Source of the DNA: an uncultured bacterium
GTDB taxonomy: Bacteria > Desulfobacterota > Binatia > HRBIN30 > CADEER01
Assembly (NCBI GenBank): GCA_902826395.1
Contig: CADEER010000012.1
Span: 5,049 to 69,048 of the forward strand
Length of the DNA: 64,000 bases
Direction of reading: 5' to 3'
Within the stretch, counting starts at the first letter, position 1, and every line of letters starts with the position of its first letter. Position numbers and translations under genes: made by a program. The notes under the pieces are model-generated. The model had not been told where the DNA came from. It did no database searches and saw only the letters and a list, made by a program, of their open reading frames with translations. Positions 46,937 to 56,747 of the stretch are shown here, piece after piece.

Positions 46937-48325
46937 CTAAACCTGGAGCAAATAGAGCATCGCGCCAGCCGCGGTGCAGGCCGCGAGGGTCGATACCATT
47001 CCCCAGCCGAGGCGGAAGAGCATGACGAAGGCGGCAGCGGCCACTGCGACGGATGCCCAACTGGTGGTGTGCGGGTCCGGTACCAGAAGTCGCAAGCCGT
47101 GCCAGTGGACCTCGGTGACGACGCCGAAGGCGACGTGCAGGCCGAACCAGACGGCGAGGTTGAGAATGACTCCGACGACGGCCGCCGTGATTGCGCTCAG
47201 CGCCGCGGTGAGCGAGCGGCTGCCGCGCAGTCTCTCGATGTACGGCGCACCGAGAAAGATCCACAGGAAGCACGGCACGAACGTCACCCAAACCGTCATC
47301 AGGGCGCCCAGGACTCCGGCGACCAGCGGGGTGAACGGCTCCGGGTTGCGGTAGGCGCCGAGGAAGCCGACGAACTGCACCACCATGATCAGCGGCCCGG
47401 GCGTCGTCTCCGCCATGCCGAGGCCGTCGAGCATCTCGCCGGGCGCCAGCCAGCCGTAGGTCTCGACCGCCTGCTGCGCGATGTAGGCGAGAACGGCGTA
47501 GGCACCACCGAACGTGACGACGGCGGCTTTGCTGAAGAAGACGCCCTCGCGCACCAGCACGTGTGACGAGCCGAGCCACAGCGCCAGCAGGGCCAGCGGG
47601 GTTCCCCATAGGACGATGAAGATCGCCGCGACGCGCAGCGCGCGCGCAGCGGTCGGTTTCACCGCGGGTCCTGTCAGTTCGTCGGTGACGGCGGCCGATG
47701 CCGTTGCGCCGCCGCGCGGCGTCGCAAAGATCTCGGGCAGCACGCGACCGCCCAGCAATCCCAGCAATCCCGCTCCGAGAACGATCAGAGGAAAGGGCAC
47801 ATCCAGGAAGAAGATCGCCAGGAAGGCAGCGGCGGCGATGCCGACCATGAAACGGTTCTTCAGTGCGCGCTTGCCGATGCGGACCACCGCCTCGATCACG
47901 ATGGCGAGGACCGCGGCCTTGAGGCCGAAGAACAACGCCGCGAGCGCGGTCGTGTCGTGGTACGAGGCGTAGAGAATCGACAGCGTCATGATCGCGACGA
48001 AGCCGGGCAGCACGAACAGGATCCCCGCCGCGAGACCGCCGGCCGTGCCGTGCAGGAGCCAACCGATATAGGTGGCGAGCTGCTGTGCCTCGGGACCGGG
48101 CAGCAACATGCAGTAGTTGAGCGCGTGCAGAAACCGCTCCTCGCTCACCCAACGCTTCTCCTCGACGAGGATGCGGTGCATCACCGCAATCTGCCCCGCC
48201 GGCCCGCCGAAGCTTAGCGCCGCAACCCGCAGCCACACGCGCAACGCCTCGGAGAAGGAGACGGTGTGGGCTGCACCGCCCGGCGGCGCCGCTCCGAGGG
48301 TACGGTGTGGAGGGGATTTGAGCAC
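46937..48325 (-). CDS. chrA: Chromate transporter ChrA (fused two-domain CHR family)
   Basis: The 462-aa product has two homologous halves of ~6 TM each. CHR family motifs are ALSFGGPAGQIAVMH and GLGMAETTPGPLIMVVQFVGFLGA. Confidence 0.85.
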   Translation of the reverse strand: MLKSPPHRTLGAAPPGGAAHTVSFSEALRVWLRVAALSFGGPAGQIAVMHRILVEEKRWVSEERFLHALNYCMLLPGPEAQQLATYIGWLLHGTAGGLAAGILFVLPGFVAIMTLSILYASYHDTTALAALFFGLKAAVLAIVIEAVVRIGKRALKNRFMVGIAAAAFLAIFFLDVPFPLIVLGAGLLGLLGGRVLPEIFATPRGGATASAAVTDELTGPAVKPTAARALRVAAIFIVLWGTPLALLALWLGSSHVLVREGVFFSKAAVVTFGGAYAVLAYIAQQAVETYGWLAPGEMLDGLGMAETTPGPLIMVVQFVGFLGAYRNPEPFTPLVAGVLGALMTVWVTFVPCFLWIFLGAPYIERLRGSRSLTAALSAITAAVVGVILNLAVWFGLHVAFGVVTEVHWHGLRLLVPDPHTTSWASVAVAAAAFVMLFRLGWGMVSTLAACTAAGAMLYLLQV

Positions 48326-48473
48326 CGCGCGACGTCTAGCAAACGAGTGAGACGCGGGCGACGACGTCGGGGTCGGGCCGCGGTGGCCTTACGAACCGAC
48401 ATAGGCTAGCCAATAGGCATCTCGGTGAACCCCTCTGTGCCTGCGTGCCTCTGTGGTTCAGAGTCTCTCGACC

Positions 48474-49676
48474 ATGTTTCTCGACTTATTCTACGGACTG
48501 CGCGACGAAGGCGTGCCGATCGGCATCCAGGAGTGGATGGCGTTCCTGCAGGCGCTGGAGAAGGGCCTGCACGGCTCGGACCTGCTGCGCTTCTACCATC
48601 TCGGCCGCGCCTGTCTGATCAAGAGCGAGACCTACTTCGACGCCTACGACCGCGTCTTCGCGCGCGTCTTCAAGGGCATCGAGGGGCAGTTCGGCGACGA
48701 CGTCACCCAGGAGGTGATGGACTGGCTGCGCAATCCGGAGAACTTCAAGGAGCTGACCGACGAGCAGCGCGCGCAGCTCGAGGCGCTGAGCCGCGACGAG
48801 CTGATGCGGCGCTTCCTCGAGACGCTGGCCGAGCAGGACGAGCGACACGACGGTGGTGACCGCTGGGTGGGCACCGGCGGGCGGTCGCCGTTCGGCAACA
48901 ACGGCGAGCACCCGAGCGGCATCCGGGTCGGCGGCCAGAGCAAGAACCGCTCGGCGATGAAGGTCGCCGAGGAGCGCAAGTTCAAGGACTATCGCACCGA
49001 TCAGCAGCTCGATGTCCGCCAGCTGAAGGTGTCGCTGCGCCGCCTGCGCCAGCTCACCCGCAACGGTCAGGCGACCGAGCTCGACCTCGACGAAACGGTC
49101 GACGAGACCTGCCGCAACGCCGGCGAGATCGAGCTGGTGTTCCGCGCGCCGCGGCGCAACAACGTGCGCCTGCTGCTGTTGATGGATGTCGGCGGGACCA
49201 TGGACCCGTACTTCGAACCGGTCAGCCGCCTGCTCACCGCCCTGCACGAGTATCACGGCCTGCGCGAGCTGCAGTCGTACTACTTCCACAACTGCATCTA
49301 CGACCACGTCTACACCAGCGGCCGCATGACCCGCGCCGACGCCTTTCCGACCGCCGACATCCTGCGCCGCCTCGACAGCCGCTGGAAGGTCGCGATTGTC
49401 GGCGACGCCTCGATGCACCCCGCCGAGCTGCTCGAGGCCTACGGCTCGATCGACCCGCGCAAGGAGTCGCCGACGCCCGGCATCGTCTGGCTGCAACGCA
49501 TCGCCGATCATTTCGAGCGCACGGTATGGGTCAATCCCGACGGCCGCGCCTATTGGAACGGCTCGCACACCGCGCGCATCGTGCAGCGCCTGTTCCCGAT
49601 GTTCCACCTCAGCGTCGACGGCATCACCGAGGCCATGCAGGCGCTCGTCGGCGCCCGCCGCTCGACCGCTGCGTAG
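48474..49676 (+). CDS. VWA-domain protein, CoxE-like (partner family of CoxD/MoxR ATPases)
   Basis: ATG 48474 gives the N-terminus [28 protein letters not shown], typical of the CoxE family. The VWA/MIDAS region is [14 protein letters not shown]. An upstream GTG 48453 is less likely. Confidence 0.8.
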   Translation: MFLDLFYGLRDEGVPIGIQEWMAFLQALEKGLHGSDLLRFYHLGRACLIKSETYFDAYDRVFARVFKGIEGQFGDDVTQEVMDWLRNPENFKELTDEQRAQLEALSRDELMRRFLETLAEQDERHDGGDRWVGTGGRSPFGNNGEHPSGIRVGGQSKNRSAMKVAEERKFKDYRTDQQLDVRQLKVSLRRLRQLTRNGQATELDLDETVDETCRNAGEIELVFRAPRRNNVRLLLLMDVGGTMDPYFEPVSRLLTALHEYHGLRELQSYYFHNCIYDHVYTSGRMTRADAFPTADILRRLDSRWKVAIVGDASMHPAELLEAYGSIDPRKESPTPGIVWLQRIADHFERTVWVNPDGRAYWNGSHTARIVQRLFPMFHLSVDGITEAMQALVGARRSTAA

Positions 49677-49721
49677 CGCAGGCGCACCCGATCCGAATGG
49701 ACGGGTGCGCCTGGACTGCAG

Positions 49722-51572
49722 CTACAGCTTGTCGTTGAACTGTGCCGGCTCGTTCTTGGTAGCCGGCGTCGACAGCGTTGTCTCGAAGCAAGCTCCGCCG
49801 TCGCTCGACACGAGTTGGACGATGACGTCGGTGTCCTGCTCGAGCATCATGCTGCCGCTGAACGGCACCGGCAGCGGCAGCGACGAACCTTTGCCCTTGA
49901 TGACGATCTTCGCCTTGCCGGCGGCGCCCGCCTTGAGAATCATGCGCTCGACGCCCTGCGAGCCGCGATCGGGATCCTTGTACTTCCAGCCCTTGCCGTC
50001 CGGCGGCCCACCGCCCAGCGCTTTGAAGCAGGGCTTGCCGTCGCAGGTGTCGCCGGCGCGATGGACCTGCATCTCCATCGACAGGCTCGGCGCACCGCTC
50101 GACTCGTCGTACAGACAGATCGCGTAGCTGGTGCTGCCGGCCACCGGGTCGGCGCCGAGCTCCGTCTGCGTGGTCGCGGCTCCCTTGATCCACTTCCACA
50201 AGAAGAGATCCTTGCTGGAGTCGACGTCGTTCTTGATCTTGAGGATGCCCTTCTCCGCAGTGCGGCAACCTCCCGCCGGCGTTGCCGGGCAAGAAGCGGG
50301 GACTGGAGTTTCGGTCGGCATCGCGGTGTCCGTCGGTGTCGCCGTCGGCACCCCGTCACCGACCAGCATATAGATGTCGTCGCCGACGGCGGCGTACAGC
50401 TCGCCGTCTATATCCTCGCCGAAGCTGGTCAGCTCGAAGCCGAGGTCTTCGATGACCGGATCGTCACCCGCGTCGCCGGGATCGAGAGCGATGATGTCGC
50501 CGGAGCAGTAGTCGCTGAAGATGTAGCGGCCGACCAGGCCGGGGATCGCGGAGCCGCGATAGACGAATCCGCCGGTGACCGCGCAGGTGCCGCCGCCGGT
50601 GTATTCATAAAATGGAAAGGTCAGGCTGGCGCAGTTCGGAATCGGCAGCGGGCAGTTGGTCAGAGCGCAGGTGCCGGGGTTGCACTGCGAGCCCTCGGCG
50701 ACCGGCCAACCGTAATTCTGACCGCCGACGCCCGCGGCCTGCACGTTGATCTCCTCGCGGCGCGACCCGCCGCTCTGCCCGACATCGCCGAGCCACAGGT
50801 CGCCAGTGGCGCGGTCGAACGAGAACCGCCACGGATTGCGCAGCCCGTACGCCCAGATCTCGGGCTCGAACGCGGCGTTGCCGACGAACGGATTGTCGCC
50901 CGGCACCGCGTAGTTGAGATTCGGATCGCCGGGAAAGTCGTCGCCGTCAACGTCGATACGCAGCAGCGACCCGAGCAGCGAGTCGGTCTTTTGGGCGTTG
51001 CATCCGCTGCCGGCGCTGTCACAACCGCCGCCGCCGTCTCCCATTGCCGCGTACAGATAGCCGTCGGGTCCGAAGTGCAGTTGGCCACCGTTGTGATTGC
51101 CGGCCGGCTGATCAATGCCGAGGATGATCAGCGCGCTGCCGGCGTTGGCGACGTTGGGATCTCCGGAGACCTGGTAGCGCGCGATCACCGTGTCGCTGCT
51201 GTTGTTGATGTATTCGACGTAGAAGAAACCGTTGCTGTCGTAGTCGGGATGGAAGGCGATGCTGAGGAGCCCTCGCTCATCGCCGCCGCCGCTCGGGTTG
51301 ACCACCAGCGCGTCGATGTCGAGGAACGGCGTCGCGATGATGCTGCCGCCATCGAGGATCTGCACGATGCCGCGCTTGCGGACGATGAACATCCGATCGT
51401 CGCCCGCCACGCCGCTGTTGGTCAGATGCACGAGCTGGTCGGCGGCGGTCGCCACCAGTTGCATCTCGACACCGGGCAGTGTCCCACCGAGCGCCGGCCC
51501 CGCCAGAAGCGCGAAACAACCAACCAGCAGCCCGGATCCCAACAGCGCAGAAACTACGGAACGCGCGTTCAT
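49722..51572 (-). CDS. PQQ-dependent sugar (glucose/sorbosone) dehydrogenase-like beta-propeller with an extra C-terminal domain
   Basis: Start at ATG (complement 51570-51572, MNARSVVSALL, a signal peptide). SGL/soluble-GDH blocks are LLSIAFHPDY, GNHNGGQLHFGPDGYLY and GLRNPWRFSFD. A Pro/Thr linker (PTATPTDTAMPTETPVPA) precedes a ~190-aa Cys-containing C-terminal domain of unknown type. Confidence 0.8.
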   Translation of the reverse strand: MNARSVVSALLGSGLLVGCFALLAGPALGGTLPGVEMQLVATAADQLVHLTNSGVAGDDRMFIVRKRGIVQILDGGSIIATPFLDIDALVVNPSGGGDERGLLSIAFHPDYDSNGFFYVEYINNSSDTVIARYQVSGDPNVANAGSALIILGIDQPAGNHNGGQLHFGPDGYLYAAMGDGGGGCDSAGSGCNAQKTDSLLGSLLRIDVDGDDFPGDPNLNYAVPGDNPFVGNAAFEPEIWAYGLRNPWRFSFDRATGDLWLGDVGQSGGSRREEINVQAAGVGGQNYGWPVAEGSQCNPGTCALTNCPLPIPNCASLTFPFYEYTGGGTCAVTGGFVYRGSAIPGLVGRYIFSDYCSGDIIALDPGDAGDDPVIEDLGFELTSFGEDIDGELYAAVGDDIYMLVGDGVPTATPTDTAMPTETPVPASCPATPAGGCRTAEKGILKIKNDVDSSKDLFLWKWIKGAATTQTELGADPVAGSTSYAICLYDESSGAPSLSMEMQVHRAGDTCDGKPCFKALGGGPPDGKGWKYKDPDRGSQGVERMILKAGAAGKAKIVIKGKGSSLPLPVPFSGSMMLEQDTDVIVQLVSSDGGACFETTLSTPATKNEPAQFNDKL

Positions 51573-51768
51573 TCGACTCACCCCTTTTCGCGCTCGCCGC
51601 ACGAGCGCGGTTCTCAGATAGGCTGTACGCGGAAACCCTAGTGGCCTGAGTGAGCCGTGGCAATCACCAATTTGCGCTCGGGACGGTCGATCTAGCCGTT
51701 GACAGTGGCCAGGTCGGGGCACTAAACAGGATGCAAAGGTCCTGATTGAGAAAGGGCGGGGTCATCGC

Positions 51769-52215
51769 ATGATCTCTCAAACCGCCGAGTATGCGTTGCG
51801 TGCGGTCGTCTACCTGGCATCGCAAGGTGGCGAAGCGCGTAGCGTCCAGCAGATCGCCGCGACGACGCGGGTTCCGACGGGCTACCTGGCCAAGGTGATG
51901 CAGAGCTTGAGCCGTGCCGGCTTGGTGCAGTCGTGGAGAGGGGCGGCGGGAGGGTTTTCACTCAGTCACGCACCGGAGAAGGTGTCGGTTCTCGATGTGA
52001 TCAATGTCGTAGAGCCAATTCGCCGTTTCCCGGAGTGCCCGCTCGGATTGCCGGGTCACGCTGGCCGGTTGTGTCCGCTGCACCAGCAGTTGGACGATGC
52101 CGGGCGGCAGCTGGAAGCGGCGTTTCGAGGGCAGATGCTGAGCGATATCGCCGAGCTGCCGAGCGGCCGCCGCCGGATGTGCCCTTTCCCCGTCGCCGGA
52201 GCGGATGCGACGTGA
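51769..52215 (+). CDS. Rrf2-family transcriptional regulator (IscR/NsrR-like, Fe-S capable)
   Basis: The N-terminal wHTH is SQTAEYALRAVVYLA...VQQIAATTRVPTGYLAKVMQSL. The three Cys in FPECPLGLPGHAGRLCPLH are arranged like Rrf2 cluster ligands. Confidence 0.85.
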   Translation: MISQTAEYALRAVVYLASQGGEARSVQQIAATTRVPTGYLAKVMQSLSRAGLVQSWRGAAGGFSLSHAPEKVSVLDVINVVEPIRRFPECPLGLPGHAGRLCPLHQQLDDAGRQLEAAFRGQMLSDIAELPSGRRRMCPFPVAGADAT

Positions 52216-52228
52216 AAGCGAGAGATAG

Positions 52229-53758
52229 TTGATGGCTCCCCACTACGCTGCGGATCGACTGTCCGCGCTCGACGCGATGTTTCTGGGAATCGAGTCTCAT
52301 TCGGCGCACATGCACGTCGGCTCGATCTCCATCTTCGAAGGCGATGCCCTGCGGGCGCCGGGCGGCGGCATCGACATGGAGAAGTTGCGCCGAGGGATGG
52401 AGGCCGTGGTGTCGCACACCCCGCGCCTGCGCCAGAAGATCGAACGGACGCCGGTGATCGGACACCCGGTTTGGGTCGACGATCATCGCTTCAATCTGCA
52501 CTTCCACATCCGCCACACGATGCTGCCGCCGCCCGGCGACGACCGTCAGCTCAAGGAAGTGATCGGTCAGGTCATGTCGCGAAGCCTCGACCGGCACAAG
52601 CCGCTTTGGGAGATGTGGTTCGTGGACGGTCTCTCGGGTGGGCGGGTTGCGCAGATCACCAAGGTGCATCACTGCATGATCGATGGCGCCGGCGGCGTGA
52701 GCCTGATGATGGCCATGCTGTCGCTCGATGCCGATCCTGAGCCGCCGGCGATCAAGCATTGGGTTGCGAGCGAACCGCCCTCGGGAGCGCAGATGCTGGC
52801 CGCCGAGCTCGCTCACCGCGCGACGTTTCCGCTGGCGGCGCTGCGTATGGCGAGCTCCGCTCTAGCCGGCTCCGGCCCTGTGCGGCCGTCGCTGCGCGGT
52901 GCAATCGAGTCCCTCGGCGATCTATTGCAGGCCGGACTGTCGCCGGCGTCGGCGACGGCGCTGAACGGCCGGATCGGCGCCTTCCGGCGTTTCGATTGGT
53001 CGGTCACCGATCTGGAGCGCATCAAGCGCATCAAGAATCGGTTGGGCGGCACGGTGAACGACATCGTGTTGGCGTGCGTCGCGGGTGCCGTGCGCGGATT
53101 TCTGCTCGGCCGCGGCGAGGATGTCGCATGCATCGACTTCCGCACGGCGGCACCGGTCAATGTTCGCGACGCGCAGAACGCCAACTCGGCGCGCGGCAAC
53201 TTCGTGTCGTCGCTGATCGTGCCGCTGCCGCTCGACGAACCGTTGCCGCTGCGGCGATTGAGCCGCGTCCGAGACGCGACCGAGCGGGCCAAGGCTGCAC
53301 AGCAAGCTCGCGGCGCCGAGTTTCTCGAGGAGTTGAGCGACCGCATGGCTCCGGGCTTGATGGTCCAGATCGGCCGCGTCGTGCCGCTGCTGCGCCCCTG
53401 CAACACCATCGTCACCAACGTGCCGGGACCGCCCTTCCCACTGTTCCTGCTCGGCGCGCGCCTGCTCGAAGTGTATCCGTACGTGCCGTTGATGGCGCAC
53501 ACCTCGGTGGCCGTCGCGCTGTTTAGCTACTGCGGGCGGATGTTCTGGGGCTTCAACGCCGACTGGGACGAGCTGCCCGATCTCGACGATCTCGTCACCG
53601 CGGTCGAGGCGGAGCTCGACCTGCTCGACGAGCTCGCTGTAGCCGCCTCCCCACCGGCGCCGCCGCGCCGGCGCGCCGCGACGCGCAAGGCCACGTCGCG
53701 CCGCGCGACCACGCGGAGCTCCGGCAATCAACAGAGCCACGGCCGCCGGCGAAAGTAG
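52229..53758 (+). CDS. Wax ester synthase/diacylglycerol acyltransferase (WS/DGAT)
   Basis: It has the HHxxxDG active-site motif (HHCMIDGAG), an N-terminal LDAMFLGIES block, and a C-terminal NxxxSNVPGP-type motif (VTNVPGPPFPLFLLG). Confidence 0.85.
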   Translation: MMAPHYAADRLSALDAMFLGIESHSAHMHVGSISIFEGDALRAPGGGIDMEKLRRGMEAVVSHTPRLRQKIERTPVIGHPVWVDDHRFNLHFHIRHTMLPPPGDDRQLKEVIGQVMSRSLDRHKPLWEMWFVDGLSGGRVAQITKVHHCMIDGAGGVSLMMAMLSLDADPEPPAIKHWVASEPPSGAQMLAAELAHRATFPLAALRMASSALAGSGPVRPSLRGAIESLGDLLQAGLSPASATALNGRIGAFRRFDWSVTDLERIKRIKNRLGGTVNDIVLACVAGAVRGFLLGRGEDVACIDFRTAAPVNVRDAQNANSARGNFVSSLIVPLPLDEPLPLRRLSRVRDATERAKAAQQARGAEFLEELSDRMAPGLMVQIGRVVPLLRPCNTIVTNVPGPPFPLFLLGARLLEVYPYVPLMAHTSVAVALFSYCGRMFWGFNADWDELPDLDDLVTAVEAELDLLDELAVAASPPAPPRRRAATRKATSRRATTRSSGNQQSHGRRRK

Positions 53759-53821
53759 TCGCCTCGCCGGCGATCGACGGCCGCCTTCTTCTCGAGGTCG
53801 CATTCGCATAGCTTTGGCCCC

Positions 53822-56392
53822 ATGAGCGACCGAGACTACCGATTACCCACGAACATTCGGCCAAGCCGCTACACCCTGCGCATCGACGTCGATCTCGAGA
53901 ATTGGCGATTTCGCGTCGACGAAGTGGTCGAGATCGATGTCGACGATCCGAGCGCGAGCATCGCGTTGCATGCTGTCGACCTGGAGCTCCGCAAGGCGGA
54001 GGCGGTGATCGGCGATCGCGTCATCGCCGCCGATGCGTCATGGCAGGCGGAGGCGGAAACCGTGACCCTGCACTTCGCCGAGCCGCTGCCGGCCGGTCGA
54101 GCGCGGCTCCAGCTCGAGTTGCACGGCGCGATTCTCGAGCGCTTGCGCGGGTTCTATCGCTCGGTCAAGGACGGCGTCCGCTATGCCGCAACGCAGTTCG
54201 AAGCCGCGGACGCGCGGCGCGCCTTCGCTTGTTTCGACGAGCCGGAGTTCAAGGCGCGGTTCTCGCTTGCGCTGATCGTCCCCTCCGACGTCACCGCGAT
54301 TTCCAACGGCGCGGTCGTCGGCGAGCGGCAGCTCGGCGGCGGACGCAAGGAGGTTCGTTTCGAAGAGACGCCGCCGATCTCCACCTACCTGGTTGCCTAC
54401 TGCGTCGGTCCGTTCGAAGCGACGCCGACCGTCGCAACCCCCAACGGCTGGCCGGTGCGGGTCTTTCTACCGCGCGGTATGGCCGACAAGGGAATCTTCG
54501 CCCGCGACGCGCACGCGAGCTCGCTGACCTGGCTCGAGGCGTACACCGGCCTCCCCTACCCGTACGGAAAAGTCGATGCCATCGGCGTTCCCGATTTCGA
54601 GGCCGGGGCGATGGAGAATCCGGGCGCCATCACCTATCGGCTGACGGCTATCGCCGCCGACGAGCAGCGCGCCTCGACGCACGCTCTCAAGGGGATCTAC
54701 TACACGGCGGCCCACGAGCTCACGCACATGTGGTGGGGCGACCTGGTGACCATGGCGTGGTGGGACGACCTGTGGCTGAACGAGTCTTTCGCCACCTTCA
54801 TCGGCTACAAGGCGGTCGCCGAGCTGATGCCGGAGTGGGGCTTGTGGCGCGACTTCGTCGCGACCCTGTCACGGCCGTTCGCACTCGACGCCCTGGTGTC
54901 GACGCATCCGATCTCGTTCGAGGTGCGCAACGCCCACCAGGCCACCGAGCGGTTCGACGTCATCACGTACTGGAAGGGAGCCGGCGTCGTCCGCATGATC
55001 GAGGGCTACCTCGGAGCCGACGAGTTCCGCGCCGGCGTGCGCACCTATCTCGACGCGTACCGCGAGCGCAACGCCACCGCCGACGATTTCTGGCGCGAGC
55101 TGACGAAAGCCTCCGGGCGCGACGTGGCGCAGATCGCCAACGCCTGGATCCGCGAGCCGGGTCATCCGGTGGTGCACGCGTCGGCGACGGCGAACGGCAC
55201 CGGCCTGCGAATCGAGCTGCGCCAGGAGCGCTTCTTCGCCGACCCGGCGGCCGCGGCCGGCGCCCCCGATCAACTGTGGCCGGTGCCGCTGGTCATCAAG
55301 TACGGCGCGGGAGCCAACGCCGAAACGCGCAGCGTGCTGCTCGACGGCCGAGAGGCGCAGGTCGAGCTCGGCGACGCCGATTGGTTCTTCCCCAACGCCG
55401 AAGGCGCCGGCTTCTATAGGTTCAGTCTCGACGACGGATCGCTCGCTGCGCTCGGCGGTCGGATGCAGCAGGTACTGGCACCGCACGAGCGGCTGTTGCT
55501 CGCCAACAACCAATGGGCGTTGCTCAAGGCGGGGCACGTTTCGATCGAACAGTTTCTCCAGTTGCTCGACGCCTACGGAGATGATGAGGACCGCGCCGTC
55601 GTGTCCACCATCACCGAGCAGCTCGGCTGGCTGTGGACGCACGTCGCCGATGCGGCGAGCGAGGCGCCTTTTGCCGCGCTCGTTACCGAAGCCTTCGGCA
55701 AGCGGCTCGAGGCGATCGGTTGGGACGCGGCGCCGGACGAATCGGCGGACGAACGCATGAAGCGCGCCGCCATTCTCGGCGCATTGGGACGCATCGCGCG
55801 ACTCGACGGCGTGCGCGGCGAAGCGCGGACGCGCCTCGAGACGTACTTTGCCGATCCGTCGACGCTCGATCCGAACATCGTCGGCGCGGTCGCCGGCATC
55901 GCCGCCATCGACGGCGATCCGGGATTGTTCGATCGCTACCTCGACCGCAAGCGCCGTGCGACCAGCGATCCCGAAGAAGAGCAGCGATTCCTGATGGCCC
56001 TCGGCGGTTTCGAGAGAATGGAGCTGGTCGAGCGCGCCCTGGCGTTGGCGTTGAGCGACGAGGTCAGACCGCAGGACCGGCCGTTTCTGCTGGCGACGCT
56101 GCTCGGCCAGAAGCGAGCCCGCCGCGCCGCGTGGCAGTTCGTCCGCGATCGGTGGGACGAGCTGAGCGCATCGATGGACCCGATGCTGATGCAGAACCTG
56201 GTGCGAGCGACGGGCCAGCTCACCGACCCGACCCTTGCCGACGAAGTATCGGCATTTCTCGCCGACAAGACGACACCGCAATCGGAGGAGACGACCGCCC
56301 AGGTCCGCGAGCAACTGCGCATCGACGCCGCCACCGTCCAACGCCTGCGCCCAAGGTTGACCACGGCACTGCAAGCGAGAGGGGCCGAATAG
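53822..56392 (+). CDS. pepN: M1-family aminopeptidase N
   Basis: GAMEN is the exopeptidase motif, HELTHMWWGD...WLNESFA is HExxH-x18-E zinc binding, and an ERAP1-like C-terminal domain follows. Confidence 0.9.
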   Translation: MSDRDYRLPTNIRPSRYTLRIDVDLENWRFRVDEVVEIDVDDPSASIALHAVDLELRKAEAVIGDRVIAADASWQAEAETVTLHFAEPLPAGRARLQLELHGAILERLRGFYRSVKDGVRYAATQFEAADARRAFACFDEPEFKARFSLALIVPSDVTAISNGAVVGERQLGGGRKEVRFEETPPISTYLVAYCVGPFEATPTVATPNGWPVRVFLPRGMADKGIFARDAHASSLTWLEAYTGLPYPYGKVDAIGVPDFEAGAMENPGAITYRLTAIAADEQRASTHALKGIYYTAAHELTHMWWGDLVTMAWWDDLWLNESFATFIGYKAVAELMPEWGLWRDFVATLSRPFALDALVSTHPISFEVRNAHQATERFDVITYWKGAGVVRMIEGYLGADEFRAGVRTYLDAYRERNATADDFWRELTKASGRDVAQIANAWIREPGHPVVHASATANGTGLRIELRQERFFADPAAAAGAPDQLWPVPLVIKYGAGANAETRSVLLDGREAQVELGDADWFFPNAEGAGFYRFSLDDGSLAALGGRMQQVLAPHERLLLANNQWALLKAGHVSIEQFLQLLDAYGDDEDRAVVSTITEQLGWLWTHVADAASEAPFAALVTEAFGKRLEAIGWDAAPDESADERMKRAAILGALGRIARLDGVRGEARTRLETYFADPSTLDPNIVGAVAGIAAIDGDPGLFDRYLDRKRRATSDPEEEQRFLMALGGFERMELVERALALALSDEVRPQDRPFLLATLLGQKRARRAAWQFVRDRWDELSASMDPMLMQNLVRATGQLTDPTLADEVSAFLADKTTPQSEETTAQVREQLRIDAATVQRLRPRLTTALQARGAE

Positions 56393-56449
56393 GCAGCGCC
56401 GACTGGGCGCGAGACCTGACGACTGTTTTCGATTAAGCTGACCGCACGT

Positions 56450-56700
56450 ATGAAGCGAGGAGCTCCCACCCGCAGGATCACCGGCCGCACTTTCCGCCCG
56501 GGGCAGCCGGTCGCCGAAAACCTCGAGGCGCGATCGACGCCGGCCGAACGGATCGCGATGGTCTGGGAGCTCACCCTGCAATGTCTCGCCTGGGGAAAGG
56601 ACTGCGAGGGTGAACCGAGACTTCAGAGATCTGTTGGCCGAGTTCAACGCCCACGGCGTTGAGTACATCGTCGTCGGCGCCCTGGGAGTGTGGCGGGCGC
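56450..56700 (+). pseudogene. Degenerate nucleotidyltransferase-like (MNT/AbiEii-type) gene remnant
   Basis: A 70-codon ORF (56450-56662) is followed in another frame by ...FRDLLAEFNAHGVEYIVVGALG, which resembles nucleotidyltransferase toxin/antitoxin-associated proteins. The frame is broken and there is no intact domain. Confidence 0.25.
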
Positions 56701-56710
56701 TTCTTCAAAC

Positions 56711-56730
56711 TCATGAATAATCCGGGCTAG
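56711..56730 (+). promoter_or_regulatory. AT-rich motif tcatgaataatccgggctag (copy 2), 17 nt upstream of the HEAT-like gene ATG
   Basis: 18/20 identical to 39832-39851. ACTCATGAAT is a 9/10 palindrome. Confidence 0.35.
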
Positions 56731-56747
56731 CTGACCGGCGGTTCGCC

